Origin: Balanoglossus misakiensis
Lineage: Eukaryota > Animalia > Hemichordata
Direction: 5' to 3'
Assembly: GCA_040954595.2 (NCBI GenBank)
Contig: CM082596.2
Location: 3,837,025 to 3,901,024, forward strand
DNA length: 64,000 nucleotides
This document shows, piece by piece, positions 1 through 12,509 of the stretch; the stretch's first letter is position 1, and the number at the start of each line of letters is the position of its first letter. Position numbers and translations under genes: made by a program. The notes below the pieces were generated by a model that was not told the DNA's origin, searched no databases, and saw only the letters and a program-made list of their open reading frames with translations.

Positions 1-199
1 CTCAAGTAGATAAAAGCATAGAATCAGCATAGAATTTTCAAGCCCAGAGTAAGCAGGTGGCGAAGCAGTTGGGTAACTTGTGGACCACCTCCTCTATAGG
101 TCTTTGTCCATAGATGTTTGATCTAACTTGCTTTAAATGAAATGCAAACAGCCTGAAGTCATTATGCATGGCTAACTTCTTCAGCACCACACACAGTAC

Positions 200-1130
200 T
201 CAAGAGGTGCTGTGTTTTTTACCCTGCTTTGTAAAAATACACCAGTGTAATGGGCTACTCAACGCAAACAGGTTCAAAATGACAAACATCAATCTCTTCT
301 ACATTGAAGACACAACTTATGTTATTTCCATCAAATCCTTCCATGTATTTTCTCTTTAGATCATATGTGGGATCAAAATGGTACCTTCACAATTTGAGTT
401 TTAGTCGAGAAGCCTTCACAAGGTTGTGTTGGTGGGGGAGTGACGATCTCAGCTTCTAATGAAATAAAAATTCTAGCTCTAAAATTTGGTATCCCTGGTG
501 CACTCAAATTACTTTTGTCCCCAAGAGACATGATAAATGTCAGCACATTTCTGACGACCATCACAACCACGGAATGCCTCAGCTATAACTTCCCCACTTT
601 CTCATTATCCAGCAGATGTTCAAACCACACATTCAGCCACACAAAGGCCTCATATTTCTGTTGAGCAAACCAACAATTAGTTTACCTGTAAAGTCTCGTC
701 ACACCTGTTTCAAAATAATCAGCTTAAAATTCTCTCTTTATAGTTTCTTTTCAATGTACACATATTTTTTTGTCGGTAAGATTTTTTTGAACAATGTAGA
801 AAACTATTATTCCTCTGGCATGGAACTTTAAGCTTCATCAGGCAAATATTAGTTATTTGGAAGAAGAAATCCACTCACACCCACAAACTATTATGATCTT
901 TCTTCAAGCATTCCTGTGTATCCTGAGTGTAAGGATATGATGGTATTTTTGTGACATTCAACTTCTAATCTTGCAGAGCCGTAATCTTAATTAAATTTTT
1001 CAGTTTACAGTGACAGTCACATTCTCAGTATGTTGTGAACTGCAAGGGGAATATCTCTACTTCTTATGTTGAGAAAATGACTGGTGATCAAATTTCAAGC
1101 AGTCGCCCTTCGTCCATTTTGTAGAACACA
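200..1130 (+). mobile_element. Heavily decayed non-LTR retrotransposon (LINE) reverse-transcriptase remnant
   Basis: Across shifting + frames, degenerate motifs appear in LINE RT order: LNANRFKMT (~LNDYRPVALT), LKFGIPG..LSPR..TITTT-G-MPQ..SPLFSL (~KL..LG...FL..R.Q.V...TG.PQG..LSPLLFSL) and VENYYSSGMEL (~VESYKYLGV.L). There are many stops and frameshifts, and no YADD is visible. Pattern recognition only. Confidence 0.3.
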
Positions 1131-2739
1131 TACCTATACCCACTCCTATGGGCAATGACTGCTTCTATTGAATTAGATAAACTGCCATGTCTAATGAGCA
1201 TGCATGGTTAGCAATGCCTTGAGGCTGCATATGCCAACCCTTTGTTGTGATCGGCCAGTCGCTATGGAAATGAGCCTTGCTGCCATGGAAACAAGCCATG
1301 TTGCTCAGAGCAGGTGTAAACAAGCGAAGTTCTTGACAGAAGAGAATCGTGTCATACATGGAAAGACAAAGCAATAGATTTGGAGGGTAAAAAACAGTGT
1401 GTTTTCCCTTCAGGATTATTTGATTTCTGAAGGTTAAACCAAGAATGACCACAGTTATTTGTGTATCTGGGTTTCTTTAATCCCGTACACAGCTCAAGGT
1501 GTTTCTTTCTTCTGTTCAGTTTACAAATTCTCGCTCTTTATAAAGACAAAAAATTTCCACTTGTTTCTGAATTTGAAGTCTCTCGTTGGTGGATTTCAAA
1601 ACTGTGGTCATTCTTTGAAACATTGCTCATGTATTTGCAACAATGGAACGCCCGTGAATACAGCCCATGCCATGAAAATGTAAAGTTTGCAAAATGGGGA
1701 CTTTTCAGTGATGAAGTTGCCAATCACCTTTTCCACCCATACATCCTTGCACAAATGGAATAATCCACCATGTAGACATTGAAGGACCATACCATTATGC
1801 AAGGAATAGGGAGTGACAAGGTCAATTTTATCAATGTCAATGCATGAATGCAAGAATAATTTCCACTCCAAGAACACCACACTCCAATGAAGGTGATTTC
1901 TTTAAACTTGGAGGCAAGGATTGGGGAGAGGGAGAGGAAAGGGTTCATAATTTGATTTTCAATGAGCTGGGCTGCATGCTTCCAAATCTCTGGGTTCACT
2001 GGTAGTATTGTGCATGTACACTGATATAGTTCTCAAAAGTATCTCAACATTGTCTTCAAAACTTTTACAGTCAATTAGCATATGTCCAAACAGCAATCTC
2101 TACTTTGAATTGTATTCAACCATTTTCTAAAGAAAACTAATAGAGGTACTTTCTATCCAATCTTCAGAAAATAAACATTTCAAATCTGAATTCATCTCCA
2201 TTATCAGAGAATCATTCTTGATTTTTAATATTAGTCAAGTTTTTTTTAGACATGGTAACTAATGATTTTTATTTATTTGAACTTTCACTTTTCAGTTGCG
2301 TCTTCAACTGCTCAATGTTTACATATAAACCAGAAAAAGATCTTGTTTTGTAGTTAATTTCATATGTTATAATGAAGTAAATTAACAGTAGAATCTACGT
2401 CTATTATAGATATACTAGGAAATTTTGAACCAAAGAAATTATCATAAGATGGTTGAAAAAAGAGAAATATCTTATGTGTAACTAATTCTTCTCATCATTT
2501 GTTACAGACTATTAGAGCTTCTCTATTGTATACTTTAAATAAGAGATTTTTTAATAATCTTTAAGCTTATATTCTGGTGATAGTGAAATAATGCTATCAG
2601 TGTGTGAGAATATACTGTAAGATTAGTTGAATACTTTTGAGAACTAGAATCGTACAGGAAGTGCTGACCATTTGACCCAAGAATTGTCAGCATGCATTAT
2701 CACATGCAGTTGCAAATAAATGAACAACGAAATACGAAC

Positions 2740-4331
2740 TCACAATGGAGGAAATCGGCACCTGTTTTCTGGCTGAGGTCTTTTCCCAGGGCGTTCGGTG
2801 GTCGATTTGGTGCCTTCTTTTTTGGTCACATGTCTCCTGTGTGGACGGTGTATCTCTGGTAGTTTCACGGTCTTGTCTGTGGCTTTTCGATCTCCCTCCC
2901 TCTTGAAGACAGAGATATTGTCGTTCAGGGAGTAGGGTGGCCTTCTGGGAATGTACGGATCCGCATTGGGATCTTCATGGTACTCGTCATATACCATGTA
3001 TTCTGGAAGATAGATTTTCCTCTCTCTGGAAGAAAATATTGAACAATTATATCAGAATGATTTGTCAAGAATGCTGTGTGTTGTACATTATATCAGACAA
3101 ACAGATTAATAAGCAGTTAAAAAAACTTCAAACTTTTATTACTTTGCTTTCAATCATGTAATCCTTTCCATACTATCCATATTTTTTTACATTTATTCCA
3201 CAAGAATTCATTACTTGATATTGCAATCATCCCTATTTTTCGTACATGGACCCTACTAAGCCACTTGAGAAGAGTAGGATTAACCAAAGTGTTGGGATTT
3301 ACAGCTTAAAATGATGTTTACTGTAGTCAAAACAGAATACCTAAACATTCCCTTAATGTTTTCTCAACATGTGACAAAAGGAGTTATAGACATCGACTGT
3401 GAATGATTTTAGGTTGTGAAAGTCTCCTGAAAGTTTTCTAGGTCCTCTGAACACTTACCCAGCATCTGCACCTGGATTCTGATCCCAGTCAAGCCACTCT
3501 GGTCGTGGATAAGGAACTGGCTCATCGGATAAATTTTTTGGACTACGGAATCGGAGTAAATCTGCAGATTACCAAGAAAAAGTAGAGGGTGAACAAAAAT
3601 AATGGAAAACACAGGAACATAGTTTGGTTGAAGAAGCAGTGTTCCCATGATTCCTTTGATATAAAGGAGTTGATGTTTAAAGGTTTATCTTTGTGATCAT
3701 GGCTACCATAGAGAAGTCAGGCAGTGTGACATAACTACTATTGCAATTGAAGATCTACATTAACAACTGCCTTTTGTGAAAAATACTCAGACCATTAACT
3801 GTTTGATCACCGTGGGTCCAGGGGTCAAGAGTGTGATATCAACATACTGCAGACTTGCAGCTTCTCAACCATGCAGGCTGTATGTGTGACAGGGTCAACC
3901 TTAACCAAGAGCAATAAGATGCTGGTACTACAAGTGGTTGAGATGCAAATTCTAAAATTACAAGTAACTCTCACCTTTTCTTCCACCCTGTTTAGCAAGA
4001 CGCACGTACTTAGAATCTGTTTCTTTGAAGTATCCTCGTTTGGTTCCAGAGTCTTCCTCCCTGTCATCCAGTATAACCCCGCTCAGACCGGGAATCTGTG
4101 AAGGTGCCGGATATTCTACTGGTTCGGCATCCTTCCTCTTGGCTGGGGCATGATAGAACCAGTCTGGAGTGAAGAGAGACAATACAGAAGAAAAGTGTGA
4201 TTTATTTACCCACTTGTCTGTGTGGTGCCTCACTTGAAACTGAACAGGTGTCTTGCTTGTGGTATACCTCTATTGAACAGTTGTTGGGTAAAAACTGACA
4301 CTCAGTTGATAAAAAATCTCTTACCTTGCAT
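2740..4331 (-). CDS. C7orf57: C7orf57 homolog (uncharacterized protein), 5 coding exons
   Basis: Phase-compatible GT-AG exons (~4325-4331, 4210-4239, 3975-4162, 3459-3561, 2740-3025) give MQVSSEAPHRQV-DWFYHAPAKRK...SQIPGLS...FKETDSKYVRLAKQGGRKDLL...PEYMVYDEY...VKLPEI, which are the characteristic C7orf57 motifs. A probable non-coding 5' exon has its donor at ~4863. Confidence 0.85.
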
Positions 4332-4899
4332 TGTGGCAGAATGCTAGTGTTACAGAGTTCCAAAGGAATGAATTGATGAAAGTCTGAAGAAGAAAAACGT
4401 CGGATTAATGATGGTGAATGCAGCAAATGGTGATAAACCAAATCTGTGCATCAACCCACGTTTGATTTCCTTATGATTTGTTTATGTGGATAGTTGTGAG
4501 TGAGTGACGATAATATTATGGATGTCGACAATCACTCTACATCATGATCAAAGCATCATCAGCACTATGAATTTACGCGTGTGTGATGATGTACGAATTA
4601 AAAATAATGATGTTCACAGTGCTTTACTCATTAAACATTTGACAAGCTATCGAACAGAACCATTTGATGTTTCAAAATGTTCCAACCCTAAGGTATGATT
4701 ACTTTGTACAATATTATACCGGTGCAATGCATGGGCGGCTGCTCAGGGAAACATGGCGACCATATTCACGATTACATGTATTCCGATATGTACGTCTGAA
4801 ATCAGACATTCGAATATCCGATGCCAACATTGGCATTGTCACAAAGTCACATGAATACTCACCCTAACACTCTAGTTTCTTCTTCAAGTATTACAAGTT

Positions 4900-5363
4900 C
4901 AGTGACATGCAGGTGGAAATATCGAGGATCACGAAGAGAGAGCGAGTGGAGCACTTCTTTCCCTTGTTTTGGCTGAACCGATATGCTAATAAGGCGATTG
5001 TATATTCTCCGGCTATGTTGATTTCGCGTACCATAGCAACAATCGTTTTGCATATGACCCTTGACCCCAGACATATGTCCGGGGGAAAAGAAAGTTGCAA
5101 CTTAATCGGACGTTGGTGGCGCGCATGATATTTCGTCCACTGGCAAATCGACGGATATTCCACGTAATTGTGTATTTTCAACATCTTGTTTGATGAAGAA
5201 ACGCGTAACGAACCTTCATGTGGTATTTGTTGCCATTCTGAACGCATCTGTTTGCTGTGCGTTTGTGGAGTCCCGCGAAACGAGTCGCCCGGATAACCCG
5301 GAAGTGTGTGTCGAGACCGTTGAAACAGGTGAATCTTTTTCACCCGAGTTCAAGTCACAGAAT
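4900..5363. promoter_or_regulatory. CpG-rich bidirectional promoter between C7orf57 (-) and METTL21A (+), with an RFX X-box-like site and an ETS site
   Basis: The two genes are head-to-head and the region is locally CpG-rich. GTACCATAGCAAC at 5028-5040 resembles an RFX X-box; CCGGAAGT at ~5298 is an ETS motif. Confidence 0.55.
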
Positions 5364-6482
5364 ATGGCCCTGGTGCTTTACAATCCAACACAGATTGAAC
5401 CATTTAAGATGAACAGTAGAAATTTCACCTTTGCTGGAAAGGATATCTCCATCAAACAGGACTGGGGGAGTCTTGGAGTTGCCGCTGTTGTGTGGGAAGC
5501 GGTGAGTGACTGGTTGTTTACATACATGATCAGTGTACACACACACGACCATGTGTTCACTTCTAAACAATGCATTTTCATTCTCTATCTATCATCCATC
5601 CATTCTAACCCTACTACAATCCAATGTATTTCTGTAATATCAGTACATAATTGGTTTTCAGTTGTCAATCTTCATCATCATCATCATCATCATGGCATGT
5701 GTTTATTCAGTGATACATGTAAACTCTCTGTAGAGCACCCATTGATGAAATCTTGTTCTGAGAATTATTAAACTGAAATTGTATCATTTGATTTTGCAGG
5801 CTATAGTGTTATGTGAATATTTGGTAAATTCTGTTGAAAAGTCCTCATTGAAATTGGCCAATCAGAGAGTGATTGAACTTGGAGCAGGCACCGGATTGGT
5901 GGGAATGGTAGCTGCTATTTTGGGTGAGTTTTAAAACATGCCAAATGCTTGTCTATGTTTGAGTCCCTATAAGACAACCTGTATCTCAAGTTCAACCATT
6001 GAGGGCGCACACACGTATGGAAATATAAGAGAATCCAGAACATACCAGTCTTATGGTGTAATGTTCCTTCTTCCAATGTTTCTCCAGGTGGTGATGTGAT
6101 AATAACCGACAGGCAGATGGCTCTGGAACAACTACAAGAAAACGTGGACAGAAACTTTAAGACGGACAATGAACAATTGCTTGGTAGCATAGAAGTGAAG
6201 GAACTCAACTGGGGACAGAATCTTCAGGAGTACCCACAACCTTTTGACCTTATTCTAGGCGCAGACATCGTCTACATCAAAGACACTTTCCCTGATTTGT
6301 TGAAGACGCTGATTCATCTCAGTGACTGTCACACTGTTATTCTGCTCAGTTGCAAGATCAGATACGAGAAAGACTCAAACTTTGTGGAGAGTTTGAAAGA
6401 GTTTTTCAACGTGACAGAGATCCACTATGATGTGGATGCAGATGTGAGGATTTTCAAAGCAATAAAATTGTGCCAGAATTGA
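5364..6482 (+). CDS. METTL21A: Protein-lysine N-methyltransferase METTL21A (HSPA methyltransferase), 3 exons
   Basis: Exons ~5364-5501, 5800-5923 and 6089-6482 give MALVLY...IKQDWGSLGVAAVVWEAAIVL...VIELGAGTGLVGMVAAILGGDVIITDR...LNWG...FDLILGADIVY. This includes SAM motif I and the DxxY motif of family-16 methyltransferases. Confidence 0.93.
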
Positions 6483-7513
6483 AATAATCAAGCAGTTGTC
6501 TTTTCTTGTTTCTATGTCTTAACTGGAGCACGCTTCAAAAATAACTACACTGGCATAGTGAACTTACCTGAAGTTAAACTGTGAATAATCAGCATTTTCC
6601 TGTATCAGGGCAGCTGTCTCTGCACTCAAACACTTCCAATCATCACATTTTCTGTCTTGTTTATTGCTCTAAAATTCTACCACATGGTTCTAATTAGTGA
6701 ATAAAATAGAATCTTTTTGTGAGGAGAAAACATCACTACAAAAGAGGAAGATAGAATCCAACTTTTGATGTTCCCATAACAATATCAGTGTGAAACTTGG
6801 CATCTGTTGGATTATTCATTTACTATTGTGTATGTCATACGCAGATTATAAATTATATTTCGTATATTTGTAAATGGGAACACTATAATTATGATAAACA
6901 TTCCAAATTGAAACAGGAGGTGAATGCATCTTTCATCATGAAATTAATATCACAACACAATAGGTGTTTGCTAAAGCATAACAAAATCATAGACAGTGAA
7001 TCATTCATGTCAAAAGTGTGAATGATTTTCAAGAAATTTTGAAACAAAGCACAACACAAAGAACTATGATTTTATCATAGATAATATTACTGTAACTGGC
7101 TTCCCAGGAAACAAAGTCCCTCATTTAAGTTAAAAGTCAGACATTTCAGACTAAAGACCGAACTGTATAGTATTCACTCTTCAGAATAACCTTATTCCCA
7201 TAACAACCCATAGAGTATACATCTGTGATATTTTGAATTCCCAAAGCACAAACACACCCTTAAATAATACCTCAATCAATACAATAATGTAATAAATAGT
7301 CATTAACCTGTTTACAAATATGGGATGAAATTAATGTGTAATGTCTTGACGCGAGTCATCTCTATTGTTAATTCATTGAGGGTGGGACAAATCTTTTCAA
7401 TTATTTAGTTATTTCTTTTCACAAGAGGAATTTTGATGTCACTTTGCAAACTGGAACATGGTGAATCATCTGTAAATGGTGGAGGTACGGCACACTGTAT
7501 CATATAATCATTT

Positions 7514-10500
7514 CTAATCAAATGAGTCGTCAAAGTCTGACTCTTCATCCGAGCTCATCTGTATGTGAAGGTTCATCTTTTCCAAGGCGTTATTCAGAAT
7601 GGAGGCTGTGTCTTCACTGATGCCGCTCTGTGATGCAAACAAACTGCTCTCTTGGGTATTGTTTGTCGTCTTCCTGAGTTTGACACCTTGTCGGATCATT
7701 GCCAACATCTCACTCATTGGTTCTCCTACGGAGAAAGAAGATACAATGGTAAGGATGTACTACTGTATCAGTAGAGTTACAAGTATTGGTCAAGAATGCT
7801 ATCTGGGGTTCAGTTAACATTGCACACTGGCAAGTTTGTCTAGCATGACTTGACTTACAATGTCTAAGTTTGTGATACATGTACTGTGAAACTGGTGTGC
7901 GCACAGTCCTTGATTATGAAGAAGATAAAATCTGACAATCTTACCCTTACTGACTGGATCCCCGACTTCAGCTTGTTTTAAACGTTTCCTAGCATCAACG
8001 ATACTCCTGAGATCAACCCCCATGGTTTTCTCCTTCAGACTCCCTGTTGCTGTAATCCTGGGTGGTTTTCCTCTGTTTGCCTTCAGATCTAGTCCCATTC
8101 CATTAGATGGTGGCGGGGGAGGTGGTGGGGGTGGGGGTGGTGGTGGTGGTGGAGGAGGTGGTGGTGGAGGGGGAGGTGGTGGGGCATATGTCGGTGGTCC
8201 GGGTGTTGAAACATCATCATCCATACCCACAAAAAATGCATTTGGTTTGGGAGTCTCATTCATTTCTCCACTGAGGCCAGGTTGACCATGAACAGTTTTT
8301 CTCATGGACATTCTGCCCTTCCCGTTTTGTCTTGACTTCAGTACAGCAGGCGTTGCGTATTTCTGTGGAAATTAAATGTTAATTTGTGTAAATACATGTT
8401 TACAGTTGTGTTTATGAAGCATCCACATTGACATGAAACTGTATTCAGTTTGTTATTCTATAAACATTCTTAAAATCAACTCACCATTTTATAATTCCGG
8501 AGTCTGTCTAACGTTTTCTGTCTTTCCTGTTGAATTGCATCTTTCTTCATTTCTTCTTCTTTTCTCCGCTGTTCAATTTTCTGGTAAAGAAGAATAAACA
8601 ATACAGTTAACAGAGTATTAGTTTACTTGATTGAGTGCATTAAATTTAGGTCTTGGCTTGAAAAAATCCCCAAACTCAAAATATGAGCTTTTGACTTACC
8701 AATTTCACAGCATGGTGTATTTGAAATGCTACCTCTTTGTGTTTCTTCTGCATGTCTTTGTCTCTTTGCTGCTGAATGCAAGATTTCTGTTGACAAAAAA
8801 AAATTGAGTTAAAACATACAACCAAGTATAAGAAATGTCAACTTTTCATGAAAAATGTGTGGAAACAAAATGGTGTCCTCACCTTTTGAGTTCTGACAGT
8901 TGCTCTCTTTCTGTAAATTTTGTTCATTTTACTTTTGATTGAAACAATTCTTGGGTCTCTATATTTCTTGTTGTCCTCTTCATCCGATTCATCGATGTCA
9001 TCAGGGTCTTCATACGCATCATAAAATATGACCTCCTCGTCAGCTTCTGTGAAATTTGTGCAAAGTATATTTGTTATCCTTATATACACTCCAACATAAA
9101 TGTCAAAATGACTTTCAGATAAAGACAGGTTTAATATGATACACAAAAACTCACTTTGAAGTTCCTTCTGTATAGTTTTCAGTTTTGTCTTCAGTCTCTG
9201 TTCTTGCTTCTCAAGAATCTTCAGTGTGATGTCATACAGACGACACTGGTTCTCGTTGAAAATTTCTTCCAGACGTCTCACTTCTTTTTTCAAGGCTGAA
9301 CCTTCTTCGAGCAATGCTAACTGTGTATTTGCAAAACAGATGTAATTGGACAGATATTAGAATCACGTACATAGGCAGAAATAATACACATTCTTTCCAG
9401 GCATTTTGCTGTAATGGCATTTAAGTGTTTGGATAACACCCTACCTCTTGCTTGACTTTCTCTTGCTCGTGTTCTAGTTTTTGCTTTTTGACAGACATAA
9501 GCTGTACTTGTTCACACAGAAGATTATCTTCTATTCGAAGCATTCTGTCTGCAGCCTTGTACTCCCATGATGCTTTGCCAAATCTCCCCTCATCGATCTT
9601 CATCCTCTCCAACATACCTGTACAGATGTACGTGCAGAAATTTCAGCAAAACAATAAATATGCATCGGGGGTTATATCAGTGCAATAATTTGGTTCCTGG
9701 ATTCCTTGTATTGAGAGGGACCATCTTCATCTGGTGCTATGACATTCAACATTACATGATATCAACCAAATCTGAAATTTTCATGTCTATTACAAGACAA
9801 ATGGTTCACCTTTGCTGATCTCTGAACACTCTTTATGGTACGTTATTTGCAAATCATATATGGCCTCGATTGCGTTGACATACACACTGTGACACTCCTT
9901 GTACTGGTCAGAATACTTCTGTTTCTCTTCAACTGTGAGTGCATCATCTTGGATGATATCCCTCAATTCCTGAACTTGTTGGAAAACCATCTCTCGCTGA
10001 TCTAAGAAAGGCTGCAGTTGGTATTCATACAGTTCAGCCCTGGCTATTGCCAGCTCCTCAACAGCGACCTCTTCGTTCTGGTAGATGGTCAGAACAGACA
10101 CCATATTGACAGCACTGTCTCGAGATCTGATAACATCATCAAGTCGCTCTTTCGCTCTAGTGACCGACTCATCGAAAGCCTTTCTTTTCACTTCACTCAT
10201 GCAGTCCAGGTACATCTCGATCGAGGTATCGTCGTTAAATAAAGCGTCGATCACAGAATTTCTCCCGGAAATGTCTACTGCGATGTCAAAATACCTTTCA
10301 ACGGACTGGGGAAAGTCTTCCGGTATCTGCATGGACTGGATGAGGCTCCACAGCCCTCGCGGTTCGTAGGGCAATTCAATGGGGTAGAATTCCATCTTCT
10401 GACACCGCAAACACAACTCAAGATGAACGCACTGCAGATCGTGTAGGCTAAACTTCCCCGACCAACTTTTCTCCGGTTTTCCGAACTTCCCAGTTAGTTT

Positions 10501-10647
10501 TTTCCGTGTGACTTTGTCAACAGTCAACAGTACGCGACGTTCTTTCTCTTTCCACTCGGCAGAAAATTTCAACCGTTCATTGGCTGTCGGCTTTTCAGAT
10601 TCAAAGGCACAATGCTTGATAGCTACCCACTCGTCTAAGCTATCCAT
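7514..10647 (-). CDS. WHAMM/JMY-family actin nucleation-promoting factor
   Basis: N-terminal MDSLDEWVAIK and PYEPRGLWSL motifs match the WHAMM/JMY N-domain. Coiled-coil exons are followed by a 25-Pro run, two WH2 motifs (SIVDARKRLKQ; EMLAMIRQGVKLRKT), a connector (ASILNNALEKM) and an acidic tail (SSDEESDFDDSFD*). About 8 GT-AG exons. Probably co-orthologous to vertebrate WHAMM and JMY. Confidence 0.88.
8108..8182 (-). repeat. Coding (CCN)25 polyproline tract, G-rich on the + strand
   Basis: 25 consecutive Pro codons lie within a WHAMM/JMY exon. Confidence 0.95.
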
Positions 10648-12509
10648 GGTCTTGATTTTTCTGCAAAACTAGACGAGGTCAACCGCAAAATACCAATATT
10701 CTGTTGTCCTATCATTACATCTCCACCAAATGATGTCATTCCAGGATCGGCCATTTAATAACCTTCGACCCTAACGAACCCCCTAACAATATGTAAAAGC
10801 GTAAGGTAAAAAGTGTATGTTTGATTGTCAGAAAAAGAAAGGGAAATATCAGTCGATACTGGTCGATACAGTTGCCTTTTACGAAAGAGGTGAACACATT
10901 TACAAAAACAAATGACAAAGATTCTACCTCAATCCAAGAGAAGGTTCAAGACATATTAATGTCAATCGACTTAGGTGGTCTGCGTGATGCTTAGTCATGA
11001 GAGGGCGCTGTCATTTCGCAATCGATAACGAAAAACGAAAGAATTCATGGCTATTATCTTCATTCGTCCAATCAGAACGCGAACGGTTGTCCAGAAACAA
11101 AGTTTTGGAAAAACTTGCTCTCTCTCTCACACACAGAACACAGCTACAGAGCTGTTAGTCTTGTTCTTGTTCTTCATTCTACAAGTCTTGTAGTTTGATT
11201 TTGGTCTATGTACACATCTGTACGTCAATGGACCTCATGCCTATTGTTCCTTCACATTAAAACATAGTCAAAACACCAACAGTCAAGTTTTAAACAATTC
11301 ATTTTATTTTTATGGAACAACACTGATGACTGTAGATTTGTTACAAAATACCAGTACACTGAACATGCAAATTACCTGTTAGAGAGATATCGGCTTTCTG
11401 TGAAATTGTGTGAATTGAAAAACACTGGTATTTACAAAGATGGGAGTTCTTTCTCAAACTCATCAATGTAAACCCACAATGCCATACAATGCCTAAAGTG
11501 GCAACAGATTTCTCCTTCAGCCACTTATAACACTATAATTTGATTAAGCCTATCCTGTCCCGAACAGTAATGAAATAACATGATTGAGAAAACTATCTGA
11601 TAAGCATGCAACAGAAATTTCTGTGACCTGATTAGCTGCTCAATATATCTGCATGTCAGAAAGAAAGACACCTGCTGAATTGCAAATAACGCTTCAAAGA
11701 TTAAACTTGTAAAAAATATCCAATGGCTCCTGAATTTGTAAGTACTTGCACACTAATCCTAATAAGCTGATTTTGCCACGGCAGAAAAATAAAACTGGCA
11801 AAAACATGAACATATCTCACAAAATTTTTGGGAAAAAAACAATTCAACACAAATAAATCCAAATATATACATAAACATCTCTGTAATAATTTAACAGTAA
11901 AAATGCAACAACAAAAAACACCCAAAACATCAAGGTTGGGGGAGAAGGCATGTCAAGAGAGAAAATTCTACATTTCACTGACTGAAATCCTGGCAAAAAA
12001 CACGCAAATACTTGTAGATGGAATGCTTCGGCATTACTTTGCAATATGCTGTACATAATTTTAGTGCCATGCAATGTTTGAATAAAAACGAAATCTGATT
12101 CTTAAAATGGAATCATCAAGTTCCTGTTATAAAAGTTCTTGCATTAAAAATCAAACTTCCAAAAAATGGAAGCCAAGTCATGATAAATTTCATATACAAA
12201 CTTGTATGTTGTAAATAAGTGTTCAAATGACAGTGTGCATATCACAAAATATAGCAATGTTTCATAAAATTGCCCCATACAAAAATATCGGTTTGTCAAG
12301 AGATTAAAAGTGAACATGCCATCAGAAAAATTAAGTACAATGTACATGTACTCTCCATTTCCTATGTATGGATAAGCTTACATTCTCAGATAGCAGGGGA
12401 GACAAGTTACAACAATTTACTGAACGATTCTAACTTTGTAGCACACATGCAGCGGAACTTAGAGTCATGTCACATGGGTCTGTCTTGTAGAAGGTGTTCA
12501 TCCATGCCC

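Noticed and set aside
1165-2000. Cluster of overlapping 60-100 aa ORFs on both strands
   Set aside because: No recognisable motifs or consistent splice structure; probably decayed repeat or 3' flanking DNA.
5190-5771. 193-aa ORF with a poly-His tract
   Set aside because: It is METTL21A exon 1 read through into the intron; the His run is an intronic (CAT)n microsatellite.
8022-8285. Poly-Gly ORF on the + strand
   Set aside because: Antisense shadow of the WHAMM polyproline exon.
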